This document shows positions 51,726 through 63,100 of a stretch of DNA of 64,000 bases, in pieces. The translations under genes were made by a program, and so were the position numbers. The notes beneath the pieces were generated by a model. That model had not been told where the DNA came from. It ran no database searches and saw only the letters and a program-made list of their open reading frames with translations. The stretch comes from Balanoglossus misakiensis (Eukaryota > Animalia > Hemichordata). Position 1 is the stretch's first letter, and every line of letters begins with the position of its first letter. The stretch covers positions 9,951,337 through 10,015,336 of the forward strand of contig CM082586.2 in the NCBI GenBank assembly GCA_040954595.2, given 5' to 3'.

Positions 51726-52392
51726 TGGGGATATCAGACTATGTCTGGACATGAGAAAAGCAAATCAAGCCATTGTTAGGGAAAGACACCCTGTTCCCAC
51801 CATGGATGAAACGCTAGAGGAAATTTCAGGGGCCAAGGTATTTTGCAAGCTTGATATGAATATGACTTTCCATCAAATTGAGCTCGATGAAAAGAGCAGG
51901 GATATTACAACCTTTTCAGGGCCCAACTCTTTGTATCGCTACAAGCGTTTAGTTTTTGGTGTGAACATGGCGACTGAAAAGTTTCAAAATCTAATTAGCC
52001 AGGTTTTGAAGGGCTGTGAGGGTGCCCACAACATGCATGATGATATTAGAGTAGTAGCTGAAAATTATGAGCAGCTGCATGCCAGAGTTGGGAAAGTGAT
52101 CAAGCGTTTTAGTGAGCATGGTTTAACGCTGAACTTTACAAAATGTAAGCTAGGAGACAGTATGATATTCATGGGTCACTTGATGACGGCCCAGGGTATG
52201 AAACTCACTGATGAGAAGGTCAAAGCTATTGTAAAAGCTCGAACGCCAACTGACAAATCAGAATTGAGAAGTTTCTTTGGGCTGGCTCAATTTTGCTCAA
52301 AATATGTCGATAAATTTGCAACAGTGACAAGCCCACTGTGGGATTTGACTCGCAAAGATGCAAAGTGGAAATGGCTTCCCAAGCATGAGTAA
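51616..52392 (+). CDS. pol: Reverse transcriptase part of pol (after a frameshift; ends at a premature TAA)
   Basis: WVNPLV, IRLCLDMRKAN, KLDMNMTFHQIEL, YKRLVFG, NMHDDI, FMGH. Confidence 0.93.
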   Translation: MLKLLKKLNELQKLGVIEKVSGPTSWVNPLVTVQKPDGDIRLCLDMRKANQAIVRERHPVPTMDETLEEISGAKVFCKLDMNMTFHQIELDEKSRDITTFSGPNSLYRYKRLVFGVNMATEKFQNLISQVLKGCEGAHNMHDDIRVVAENYEQLHARVGKVIKRFSEHGLTLNFTKCKLGDSMIFMGHLMTAQGMKLTDEKVKAIVKARTPTDKSELRSFFGLAQFCSKYVDKFATVTSPLWDLTRKDAKWKWLPKHE

Positions 52393-54435
52393 GTATTCAA
52401 TCTCATCAAACATAAATTGACCACAAGTCCATTCATGGCTTATTTCAAGCAGGGTGCTAAAACTCGAGTCACTTCTGATGCATCGCCCGTTGGTGTTGGA
52501 GCAATCCTTGAACAAATGCAAAGTAATGGTTCATATCAACCAGTGTACTATGTTAGCAGAAAGCTTACACATGTTGAGTCGAGGTACTCTCAGTTTGAGC
52601 GAGAGGCGCTTGGAGTTAAATGGGCATGTGAGAAACTTCAGCAGTTTCTGCTAGGCAGTCATTTTGAGGTCAGAACTGACCATAAGCCTTTATTGAAAGT
52701 ATTCAGCCCTAACTCCAGGCCCCCTTCAGCTAGAATTGAGAGATGGCTGTTATATATGCAACAATTTGATTATCATATCACCCATATCAAGGGAAAGAAT
52801 AATTATGCGGACATGTTGAGTAGATTGCCCGTGGACGAACCATCTGACAACTATTGTAGAGAGACTGAAGATTTTGCATGTAGTGTTGTTTTAGAGGCTA
52901 TGCCATCTGCTATCACCCCACGTGATATTGAGAGAGAATCTGCAAAAGACCAGAGCTTGCAATTGGTTGAAAAGTGTATTACCTCTGCAAATTGGTCAAA
53001 ATTGAAGTCTTCACCCTATTGGCATGTGAAAGACGAATTATGGTTGTATGGCAGATTGATCATGCGTGGTAACAGATTGGTTGTTCCTCAAGTTTTGCAA
53101 AGAAAAATCTTGAAAATTGCACACCAGGGTCATCAGGGAATTGTGAGGACAAAGGCTCGTTTACGTGACAGAGTTTGGTGGCCAGGAATGGACAGGGATG
53201 TGGAAAAACTGATACGATCCTGTCATCCATGTCAATTGGTCAGTGCCAGGCCAAACCCAGAGCCATTATTACCCACACAGTTACCTGAAGGACCATGGTT
53301 CGATTTAGCAGTTGATCTTTTGGATGTATGTGATGGTGAGAAATTACTAGTGGTGACTGATTTATACTCTAGATGGCCTGAAGTAGTTTTGTTAAAGAAA
53401 ACAGATGCTGCCCATGTCATAAAAGCCATGGAAGCTATGTTTCTTACACATGGGTTGCCTTACTGTGTCAAATCAGACAATGGTCCACCTTTTACCTCAG
53501 CCGAGTTTGAAGGTTTCCTTGATTACTTAGGTATTGATCATGAATATTCCATTCCATACTGGCCTCAGAGCAATGGAAGTGTTGAGAGGCTGAATGAAAT
53601 AATTTTGAAGTCTGTACGAATTGCTAAATTGCAAAAGAAAAGTTGGTACAAAGATTTGACACATTTTCTATTTGAATATAGAAATACACCCCATACTGTG
53701 ACAGGCATATCTCCTGCTATGGCTCTGATGGGAAGAGAGTTTAGGGACAAAATTCCTAGACTGAGAATTCCATCCCAAACAATCAATGAGTCTGATTGGC
53801 AAATCAAAATGAGAGAAAGAAACAACAGAATGAAAATGAAACAAAAGTTCTATGCCGACAACAGGAGACATGCCACTTCCTCAGATATCAGGGAAGGTGA
53901 TACTGTTTTGCTCCAGCAAGCATTTAGGCAAAACAAACTCACTCCCAATTTCGAGACAGAACCATACAAAGTCATCCAGAAAGATGGAGGTGCGTTATTA
54001 TTGGAAAACTCCAAAGGTGTAAAAAGAAGGTCCACTGGACATGTAAAGAAATATGTTGAGGAATATCCAGAATTTTCCTTCCAGGGCACTGAATGGAACT
54101 CCAAACATTTGACATATGAACAACCTCAAAGGGTTCAAAATGGTGTTCCATCCTGTAACCCCCATATCCATGATTTGTCTACACATAACAACCTGGATAA
54201 CTTGCCAGTATAACCCGTCTGTTCTAGTCAGAAATCAACTGGACCAGCATGTCCTAGTCCTGTTTCACCTACTGGTACAGCATCGTTGGAAACGATTGTA
54301 AATGTTCCTCCAACAATGCCAGTGACAAATTCACCTAAGACAAATGTAAACCCCAATAGTACTGATGTGAGACGCTCAACAAGAATAAAATCTAAACCTC
54401 CTTGGCACAAAGACTATTGCATGCCAGAAGGATAG
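52393..54435 (+). CDS. pol: RNase H + integrase part of pol (internal TAA at 54211-54213; frame continues to TAG 54433-54435)
   Basis: SDASPVGVGA, YSQFEREAL, TDHKPL, HQGHQG...CHPC, AVDL, SDNGPPF, SNGSVER; past the stop, RRSTRIKSKPPWHKDY, a typical C-terminal motif. Confidence 0.93.
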
Positions 54436-54673
54436 ATTATATTGACATAAGACTGTCCACAAACATTATGGAATGAGTTTCTGTAGAGCAAATTTTCTCT
54501 TGGAGATTTGTATTTTCCTAGTTATGAAGTTCTCAAGTTCTTGTTAAGGTTAAGGTTCTGTTTGTTTTCGTTTGTTAGAACATGATCATTCACAAAGCAT
54601 TACAATTTGACAGTGTTGGCAAATTTCATACTTTCCAAAGCGAGTTGTAAACTTAAAGTACAAGTTTTCTTCT

Positions 54674-54686
54674 AAAGTTGAGGAGA
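54674..54686 (+). promoter_or_regulatory. Polypurine tract
   Basis: aaagttgaggaga abuts the 3' LTR. Confidence 0.75.
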
Positions 54687-54840
54687 TGTGATAGTATTGT
54701 CATGATCACGTGATTGTCACATGGTCTGTATACGTGATTTCCTGTAACTGTTAGTTCCCGCGTGGTTGTCATTCAATAAACATCACTTCTGTGGAACTCC
54801 GTCGTTGTCGACTGTCAATAACCCCTCCCCGGACATCACA
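54687..54840 (+). repeat. 3' LTR (154 bp)
   Basis: Identical to 49840-49993. Confidence 0.97.
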
Positions 54841-54869
54841 ATCATGAGTGTATTCTGTGTTTTTTTAAG

Positions 54870-54974
54870 GCTGCACAAAACAAAGAGTGCAAACCACTGC
54901 TGAAATGGGTGACCCACATTGTGAACCACTTTTGGTATTGTTGTCAAAAAGCATCAGATATGGACAAGTTTCTG
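54870..54974 (+). CDS. Transposase exon 11 (AAQNKECKPLLKWVTHIVNHFWYCCQKASDMDKFL)
   Basis: ttttttaag| ... |gtaagt; phase 0-0; continues exon 10 across the Gypsy insertion. Confidence 0.85.
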
Positions 54975-55234
54975 GTAAGTATTACTTATCATCAGCTAGC
55001 CTAGATGTTAAAATGTGTGATACTATAGAGACTTCTTAGGGTAATCTTAAAAATTAATATTTGATAATAAATATTGAGACATGTTTTAACATTCAATTGG
55101 ATTGGTTGCTGCTGTTTTGCTGTGCATTGAACATGTCATAGTTCATGTTATTGCAATAGTGATTTATGGGATTGTAAACTTTACTAGGGCAGAGAATAAG
55201 TACCCCTGGCCCTTGCTAGGGCAGAGAATTGGTA

Positions 55235-55876
55235 CCCCTGGTTAATACTTGGCAAAAAGCAATTTTATTTTACATTGCTAATGAAATGGTGACACTGAAT
55301 CTGATTCTTTGCATCAGGGTAAATGGCGATGCAAGCTTGATGATGCATCCCGGTAGATAGTGATGCAAACACTTCACTTTGACATGGGTATTAAATGCAT
55401 GTGGGGATTAAAAGTTGACTGAAAATCCCTGGGTTAATACAAGTCCAAAAGCACTGAAATTTGACATAGCTAATACAATGGTGACATTGAATGTGATTCT
55501 TTGCATTAGGGGAAATGGCGTAGCAAGCCTAATGATGCATCAGTGTAGATGGTGATCCAAGCTCTGCGCTTTGGCATACGTATTTAATGCATGTGCATGG
55601 GTATTTAATGTTGAATGTAAATTCCCAGGTTAATATATGCATGGGTATTTAATGTTGAATGTAAATTCCCAGGTTAATATATGCATGGGTATTTAATGTT
55701 GACTGTAAATCCCTAGGTTAATACATGGCCATAAGTACTGTAAGGGGTAGATGGTGATGCAAGCTCTGCACTTTGACATGGGGATTAAATGCATGCTGAG
55801 GGGGATTTTAAGTTGTCTGTAAATCCCCAGGTTGATATGTGGCCAAAAGCACTGTAATTTGACATTGCTAATGATG
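55235..55876. repeat. Short array (~3 monomers) of the ~193-bp satellite, with an internal 44-bp triplication
   Basis: Same monomer and orientation as 24729-39299; gcatgggtatttaatgttga at 55595, 55639, 55683. Confidence 0.92.
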
Positions 55877-57637
55877 GTGAGCTGTACTCCCCAGGGAGTT
55901 GAATGGAATGTTTAGGTCCAACGACCTAGGTCAAATGACCATGGAACAACTTTAAAGCATGTTGAGATTTAATGTGCTACATAAGTTATAAATATTATAT
56001 TAATATTATTACATAAACAACACTCTTACCTAGCTAAGGAAGTGGTCAGGTGAAAAATATTTGCAGAGCTGACCAATTATTTAAGGAATATTAAAGTTGG
56101 GTAATTTGGACGTATTCATACGGGTGTTGGTCAATGGAAAGTCCTTTGTTCATTTTCAAAATGGCAACCAAAAATGCGAACAAAACACACTGAATTATGT
56201 ACGGGATATTGGTGTTGCCTAATTTGCGTGTTTCCACATTTACTTAAACTCTCACAGGGAGACAAATGTCACAGCAAACGGAAAAATGACTATGCTACAC
56301 ACAACACTTTTATTGATCATGGAAAATGTTCATGAGAATTGTGTTATGGTACTTTTCGGGGCTCACGACCTGTGTTATAGGAAATCTGACAAGGAATCCA
56401 AACTGTACCACATACACAACACTTTAATTAAGCATGGGAAATGGTCCTGAGAACAATATTCTCAGAGTTGACAAACTGTGTTATCTGCGTTATATTGATG
56501 TTGTCTAATTTACACGCCTGTACATTTATTTATACTCTGACTTTGAGCTTAATAAGGCAGCGCCTGCTAAGGTCAATTTCCCACGTACACTTTTAATTAG
56601 CATAGATAATGATCATGATAACTTCATTTTCAGAGCTGACAAACTGTGTTATGTGAAATTCATGTTGCCTATTTCATGATAATGGCTTGTGGTACACAAG
56701 GGTTAACAGCAATCAGCAATTGCTTGTATGATAGGTATAATGATCGATTTACAAATTTCAATGGTATAATAATGGGCAACACATGTGGAAGTGTTTAATA
56801 AACAGTTAACTGATGTGGTGATGGTTTGTGGTAAAATTGAGGGTACACAGATTATAATGGGCAAAACAATGAATATAATAGAGGTTGATGATGGTGAATG
56901 GTTTCATATGAATGGTGTAATAAAGGTTAACAAATGTGGTGATAGCTTTGGTGTACAGGGCTGTTCATATCTTTAGTAATGACAAAGGTATAATAGTGAT
57001 AAAAGCTTAAATAAGTGTTAGGGCACAATCTTCATGATGGTTCATTCATTGGTTAATGTGTATATTTTATTAATATCATGCTATTGTTTATCAGTTAGAT
57101 CATAATCAGGGTTTTTCCATGCACATAGTCATCATGAATCAGCGGAATTCTTCTGAATAGTACCTGTGATCATTTTTGCGCACCGACGCATTGTACGCGA
57201 CAGACATGCAGAAAATATTAACATGTAACTCACAGGCATAGTGTTAAATCTAAACGACTATATGTTAGATAAGCTTTACCTCCCCACCCCATCAAAATTC
57301 CAAATTTAGCTTGATGTGACGTTTTCGGGTAGTACCAATTCGGAAACTTTCATGGTTCATTCATTGAACCAAATATTGGATTTGACACACTGTGTCTTGG
57401 GTGGGTAAAGCATGGTGAAATGTTGGCAGTAAACTTTAACCAGACAGGTCACATGAAAGGAAGATTTTATCATTTGAGTTCGATGGCATACATGATAAGA
57501 TATGTCAGTTCTGACACCATTTTTGCAGACGTAGATGCTGATGTATTTTTTCCATTGGACACAATACTCAAAGTCCAGTCTGTGTTTAAAATGATACCCT
57601 GGTCACACACAGTGAGAAATGTCAGCCTTTGACTTAA
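55777..57637 (+). repeat. Segmental duplicate of 41837-43536 retaining the empty TTAA site
   Basis: Colinear similarity; cagcctttgacttaa|ttatc. Confidence 0.92.
55877..56010 (+). mobile_element. SINE 3' fragment fused to satellite
   Basis: Same junction and tail as 39300 and 41939. Confidence 0.82.
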
Positions 57638-57842
57638 TTATCTAATTTATGCATTGTTAACAATGCACTGTGACATTTACTGCATGTATTTTTCCCACTG
57701 TGGAAACTTACTATGCTTTGAATACATGTTCCCTAATGGGGTGTTAAAGGATACAGTAGGATCTGTTTCGGTAGCAAATATGACACTGTTTTCAACATAT
57801 TTGACTGGTGGCAATATGTGGTTTTACGTTGGTATCCATCAT

Positions 57843-58331
57843 GTAACTCAGATCACCTATATGAAGCTCCATAGTAAATTTCACAGAAGTCGGCTGATCA
57901 ATTCCAGAAAAGTAGATTTTTTACCAAAAATGTGGAAAAAGACAAAAAAATGCATAACAAGTAGAAAATTCACACTATTAGCTTAAAACATACAGAAATG
58001 TGTGAGGCTAATATAAGGTACTATCATACCATTTTTTCAAATCAACATGACCAGGACTTGTCGTGTTTCTGAGTTTTGACCAAATTAAGGTTTTCCCAGC
58101 TAATTTGTATATATTTTTGGCAATGACAACTTCGTTTGAACAAACTCCCATCTACAGCCTAGCATGCATCTACACACCAAATATCGAGGTTATTGGCGCA
58201 ACGGTTTTCAAGTTTTTGATGTGTACGGACATACATCCATCTATCCGTCCATATGTCCATACATACATACAGACGCAACCAAATCCATAAGGTCCCACTG
58301 TATATACCTATACAAATGGGACCAAATAAAA
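57843..58331 (-). mobile_element. 5' part of a HINE/Helentron-like element (family 2)
   Basis: Terminal palindrome ggtccca-c-tgtata...tataca-aa-tgggacc (58291-58323) next to an A run; ATAC/GTCC microsatellite ~58230-58272; homologous to 1343-1765. Confidence 0.65.
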
Positions 58332-59101
58332 CACAAAAAAAATAACACTTAACATCTTACAGTGCAGGGCCTTGCTAGTTGATGTGGTACAATTCTATCA
58401 TATCACTTCACAGCTGGTAGCCAAGGGCAGTGTTTGCACAGAGGAGCCTCCTGAATGTCTTCGCTCGTTCACACCTCTTCAGTGATAATGTCTGGATTAC
58501 ATTGACATGAAACTGTTTGTTCAGTAGTGTTTCAACTGCCAGCTACCTGGGTTCATTTTACACCCAAACACTGAAAATATTGTAGCAGTCAATAATATAA
58601 CCTACACACTGTGTGAAATTCACCATGTTCTAAAGTAATGTTGATGTCTAATGTGCATTGTGACTTACAGGGCATGCACGGCTAAAGCTTGTCGAAAGTT
58701 GACAAAGCAAAAGACCAGACCAGTTGCCTGTTTTAAAATGTGCTTCATTCCAAGGACCTTGGCGATGAGTCATGAATTGGGGAACGTTCATGAGACCCAT
58801 TTTTTTTCACTGGACCAGCACATTTAATGATATGACCTTGAAATTGAACTGTTCCCAGGAGCTACTGAGAGTTGCCTTGTTTCACCCCCAAGTTACTACC
58901 TGGGGTTTTTACAATGTCGACAGTAGTTCCAAAAAAAAAACGTTGTACTTTTATGAATAATCGATTAGGGTAGATTTATTCATGGTAGTAAAACTTTTTG
59001 GCCTGCAGTTGCCAAACAAAGACAATTACAAGTAAGGGACTGGACGTAAACTACCAGGGGGAGCGCAGGGAAATTGACGAAAGCGATGGCCTCAAATTAA
59101 T

Positions 59102-59455
59102 GTCATAGTCCAGTGGTTAGAGCATCAGACCCATAATCAAAGAATCAAGAGTTTGATCCCTGGCATGGTTGTGGTGTTGTGTCCTCTGGCAAGGCAATTT
59201 ACATCTCCTTGCCTCTCCCCGCCTATAAGAAAAGGGTAATTTGGTGGATCGGATATTGTAATGTGTATGTATAGGTCTGCTTTGCTGATATAAAAGCTGC
59301 ACATGTGAGCTGTTGTTTGCTCCCCATGGAGTGGAATGGAATATTTTAGGTCCAACGACCTAGGTCAAATTACCATGGGAAACACTTCAAAGCAGCACAT
59401 TGAGATTTATTGCATAATGTGCTATATAAGTAATAAATATTATATTGATATTATT
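59102..59455 (+). mobile_element. tRNA-derived SINE, full length (paralogue of 41032-41371)
   Basis: A box tagtccagtggttag, B box gagtttgatccc, CORE-like gtgtcctctggcaaggcaattt, same tail and same 3' flank. Confidence 0.8.
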
Positions 59456-59529
59456 ACATAAACAACACTCTTACTTAGCAAAGGAAGTGGTCAGGTGAAC
59501 TATATTCGCAGAGCTGACCAATTGTTTAA

Positions 59530-59871
59530 AGGGGCAAAGTCTCTCATCGCTGCCTTTTTTCAATTAATTATGTATGATACAAGACGCCATTGATGTTATT
59601 CTACATGTGGATATATGGTGAATCAACATTCGACCACACACAACTTCCGTCTCGTTTGTACGATATGAGAGTAAAAACTCGCCCAAAATGAATAAATGGT
59701 AAAGAACGATTATTCATTTTGGCGAGTTTTTCACTCTCCTGTCTATAAGAGGGATGGAAGTTGTGTGTGGTTGAACGTTCATTCGCTATATATCCACATG
59801 TAGAATAACAAACGGTGTCTCTTATCAAATATAATATGGGAAAAGGGCAGCGAGAGAGAGACTTTGTCCCT
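59530..59871. mobile_element. Fold-back Kolobok-type MITE at the site paralogous to 41446; right TSD and ~60 bp of flank missing
   Basis: ttaa|aggggcaaagtctctc ... gagagactttgtccct|cacatgggg. Confidence 0.88.
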
Positions 59872-59973
59872 CACATGGGGATTAAATGCATATGCGTGTG
59901 TATTTAAAGTTAACTGTAAATCCCCAGGTTAATACGTGGCCAAAAGCACTGTAATTTGGCATTTCTAATGATG

Positions 59974-60111
59974 GTGAGATGTTGTTTGCTCCCCAGGGAG
60001 TTGAATGGAATATTTAGGTCCAACATCCTAGCTCAAATGACCATGGGACAACTTAAAGCACGTTGAGATTTAATGTGCTACATAAGTTATAAATATTATA
60101 AAAATATTATT
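59974..60111 (+). mobile_element. SINE 3' fragment fused to a satellite fragment (59872-59973); the duplicated module runs on to ~60400
   Basis: Same junction, tail and downstream flank as 41939. Confidence 0.85.
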
Positions 60112-63100
60112 ACATAAACAACACTCTTCCTTAGCAAAGGAAGTGGTCAGGTGAAATATATTCGCAGAGCTGACCAATTCTTTAAGGAAAATTAAAGTTG
60201 GGTAATTTGGATGTATTCATACGAGTGTTGGTCAATGATAGGAAAGTCCTTTGTTCATTTTCAAAATGAAAACCAAAAATGCGAACAAAACACACTGAAT
60301 TACGTATGGGATATTGATGTTGCCTAATTTGCGTGACTCTACATTTACTTAAACTCTCACAGGGAGACAAATGTCACAGCAAACGGAAAAATGATTATGC
60401 TAAGCAATACGCCAACCTTTAAAATATTACTTTAGAAAGTTTGTATTCATACTTTCTTCAAGTTGTCATAACGCTACCCCGAAATGTGTTTAAGTATTGC
60501 CTTTGTATTAATGGGCTAGATTCATGGCGTTATATGTCATAAATTAAAAAGCCAACCCTTATTGATTTTGATAATATTTATGTCGGAGAATCCACAATGA
60601 AAAATATGTATTTCAATTTCATAACTCAAAATGATTTTCAAATCCATGACCTTATTTTCAACTCCAGTGATCGTACATCCTGAACCTTGTGCCAGTAAAT
60701 GATTGGCCATTACAGGGTTAATGGGCACTCTCCCGTTCTCTTCCTCCGCAGTTTCATTCATGTTCTTGTTTGACGGAAATGGGTGTGACCAGACGCTTGA
60801 ATGTTTTCATGTGGGTGTCGTTGTTCATCGGGATCGGTCTCCTGGTGTGTCTGTACAGGTACGCAAGGAGAAACTGCCCACAAGAAGCTGCGAGTGAAAC
60901 TATTTAAGGTAGTATGTGCCTCGCGGTCCGAGATTCAGACAAATGATAGTCCTCAAAACTTTTTCAAGTCTTTGATTTACTAAAGTGTATGGTGAGTCTC
61001 TTTGAAAACAACAAAAACATTACTCACCATATTGTTATTTTTTTGAAAGTTTAAAATGAAGTTGACAATGTACCAAACAGATTCTATTTATTTCTTCATG
61101 ACCATGTTCACCCCAAGGTCATATGGACCTGCAAGTATATGCCAGAGCCAGAGTCGACATTACCGAAGCCAGAGTTCAAAGCTTGCAGGTCACCCCTTGC
61201 CAGCTCATGTCTAGCTAAACTGCCATGGATGCCAAGAGATATAGGACTACAGTAACCTGTAGATGGTTTCAGTATGTTTGAAGAAAGTGGTGGCGCACTT
61301 TTGGCTACATTTGAAATGGCTATGGTACCAGTGGTTGAATTTGCAAAGGTGACCTTTGACCTGGTATCATTAAAGATATTAAAGAACGATTGAACATTCC
61401 TTGTTGTCGTAAAATGACATCTGTAATAACTTATATTTTATCTGTTCATCTTGAAGTACTATATATTTAAACGCCAATTTTCCATTGCCAATCAAGTTTT
61501 TACAAATAAATTGTAATATGCATGTTGATTTTACAAAAACTCCTTACTTCCAAGTGAATTCTGTTACACATCACGTAAATATTTTCCCCACGAATTCTTC
61601 AGTTGCTGACTCGGAAATTTCATATATTGGGCAGAAATTGGATACATTACCGAGCCATTAAAATTACAGTTTTCTATTTTAATTGATCTTCCATAACTTC
61701 AAGTACTTTGATTTGACATAAATTAAAAACATCATGGTGAATAAATAAAAAATCTTTGATTATCTAATTGTGCATGTTTACATGGTTTTATTTTAGTATG
61801 CTGGGTACTTAATGTCTAATTGCTCGCTGATTTTATACTGTTCAAGATGACAATCTAATTTTAGTTTTCAGCTGATAATGGAAATCACTGATTAAAAAAA
61901 TTGAATTTTGTCATGAATAAACTTGTTGTTCATGGCAGTTGCTGTATTTTGTTTCATGTGTATTCAATTTTTGCAAGAATACCATTGAGCACAGTTTGAT
62001 TTGATTAAACACGTTTATCGGAAAATTTTGTCATTTGAAATATCTGTTTTTGCGCCCTCTACCATTTGACCAAATGATTCTCTTATTTTGGTGGCCTTTG
62101 TCTGTGTATATGAGAATACTATAGTACTCTCGCATCGATGATAGTAGAAGTTGAAAACGTCTCTTGCCACGTGGCCTAGAAGAAAGGTGATCTTTAGAGT
62201 AAAATAAAACAAACTATCCAGATAGGAAGCTAGAAAAGAAGTTGAATCGTTGAAATTTTATTTATTTTTATATTGTTAATATCGTTGGTGATGTTGACTG
62301 GCCGACAATCTTTGTCACACCAGTATTTGCAGGTAGATTAAAACATTGCCTATTCCAGCAATAATCACAACAGTCTTACTTTTTCTATCTTTGTAAGCGT
62401 TAATCTTTATTGACCTCGCTTGTTGTTTTGTGTTTTTGTGTTGTTTTTGTTTTTGTTTTGTTTTTTTAGTAGTTTCATAATTTTATTTGTATTTTTAAAA
62501 TGTTTTCCTGTTTTTTGTTTACTTTTTTATTTTTTTTACTATTTGTTGATTGTAATGCTGTATGGGTCTCGACTGTCGGTCCCAACTTGTCATATAATTA
62601 GGTAGTACTGGAGTCAGTGGAAACCCAGGTGCCCGCATAATTTCAGGTGTAGTGACACCGTGTATTGTCATGTTAATGAATAGGGCTTCGTTAGCTAAGT
62701 TTCGTGTAGTAAGAGAGCACACTTCAATTTAGGTCTTGAAGGGAGCAACAAGTCGGGTCTCCCTGCTCAGTGAGTAGAAATACTAGGGGAAATATTGCAC
62801 CATACCTTGCTGTGTAATGCTGTAGCGCGCATTAGTGCTCTCAGGACCACTGTTTCTGCAATTCGAGTGGAAGTAAATTCAGTACTTCTAGAAAGCAGAA
62901 TTGTGCTTATTCAGTGCAAACCGGTGTGGTCGGGCGATTGGCGTGGCTGGCATGGTCGTATGTGGTGTGGCTGGAAATTGCTCCAAGCAGAGTTCTGTGG
63001 AACCATCCTATAGACCCGGTATTGCTGAGCATGAAGTGTGGTGAAGAATTCTCGTGTAAGTAATGTATTTGTTTATTTATTTACTATAACTTAAATTTAT

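Larger units (their letters stand above)
49840..54840 (+). mobile_element. Full-length Ty3/Gypsy LTR retrotransposon (Mag-like), 5001 bp, in intron 10
   Basis: TG...CA LTRs, 5-bp TSD atcat (49835-49839 / 54841-54845), PBS, PPT, gag-PR-RT-RH-IN order. Confidence 0.97.
43829..54974 (+). pseudogene. Spliced Kolobok-type DDE transposase gene (11 exons seen; one frameshift; C-terminal exons missing)
   Basis: Phase-compatible GT-AG exons 43829-44043, 44652-44762, 45019-45144, 45489-45602, 46476-46529, 46806-46904, 47143-47442, 47727-48009, 48298-48534, 49505-49581, 54870-54974; motifs CSAGH, WCSQP, LLSGNNYAK, GDGRMDSPGFCAQYCTY, STNMEK, VVTDAH, HDIWHAAK, IVNHFWYC. Confidence 0.82.
43537..55241 (+). 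mobile_element. Kolobok-superfamily DNA transposon, left end intact, 3'-truncated, carrying three nested elements
   Basis: ttaa (43533-43536) then agggacaaagtctctctc; first ~190 bp match the MITE arms; empty TTAA site at 57634-57637; spliced transposase gene inside; no right TIR with the matching flank. Confidence 0.8.

Noticed and set aside
50733-54410. Antisense and alternate-frame ORFs over the Gypsy
   Set aside because: Shadows of gag-pol
43537-59871. One 16-kb Kolobok using the right arm of the second MITE as its right TIR
   Set aside because: No TTAA after 59871, and the flank does not match the empty-site sequence ttaattatctaa at 57634; that arm already pairs with 59530
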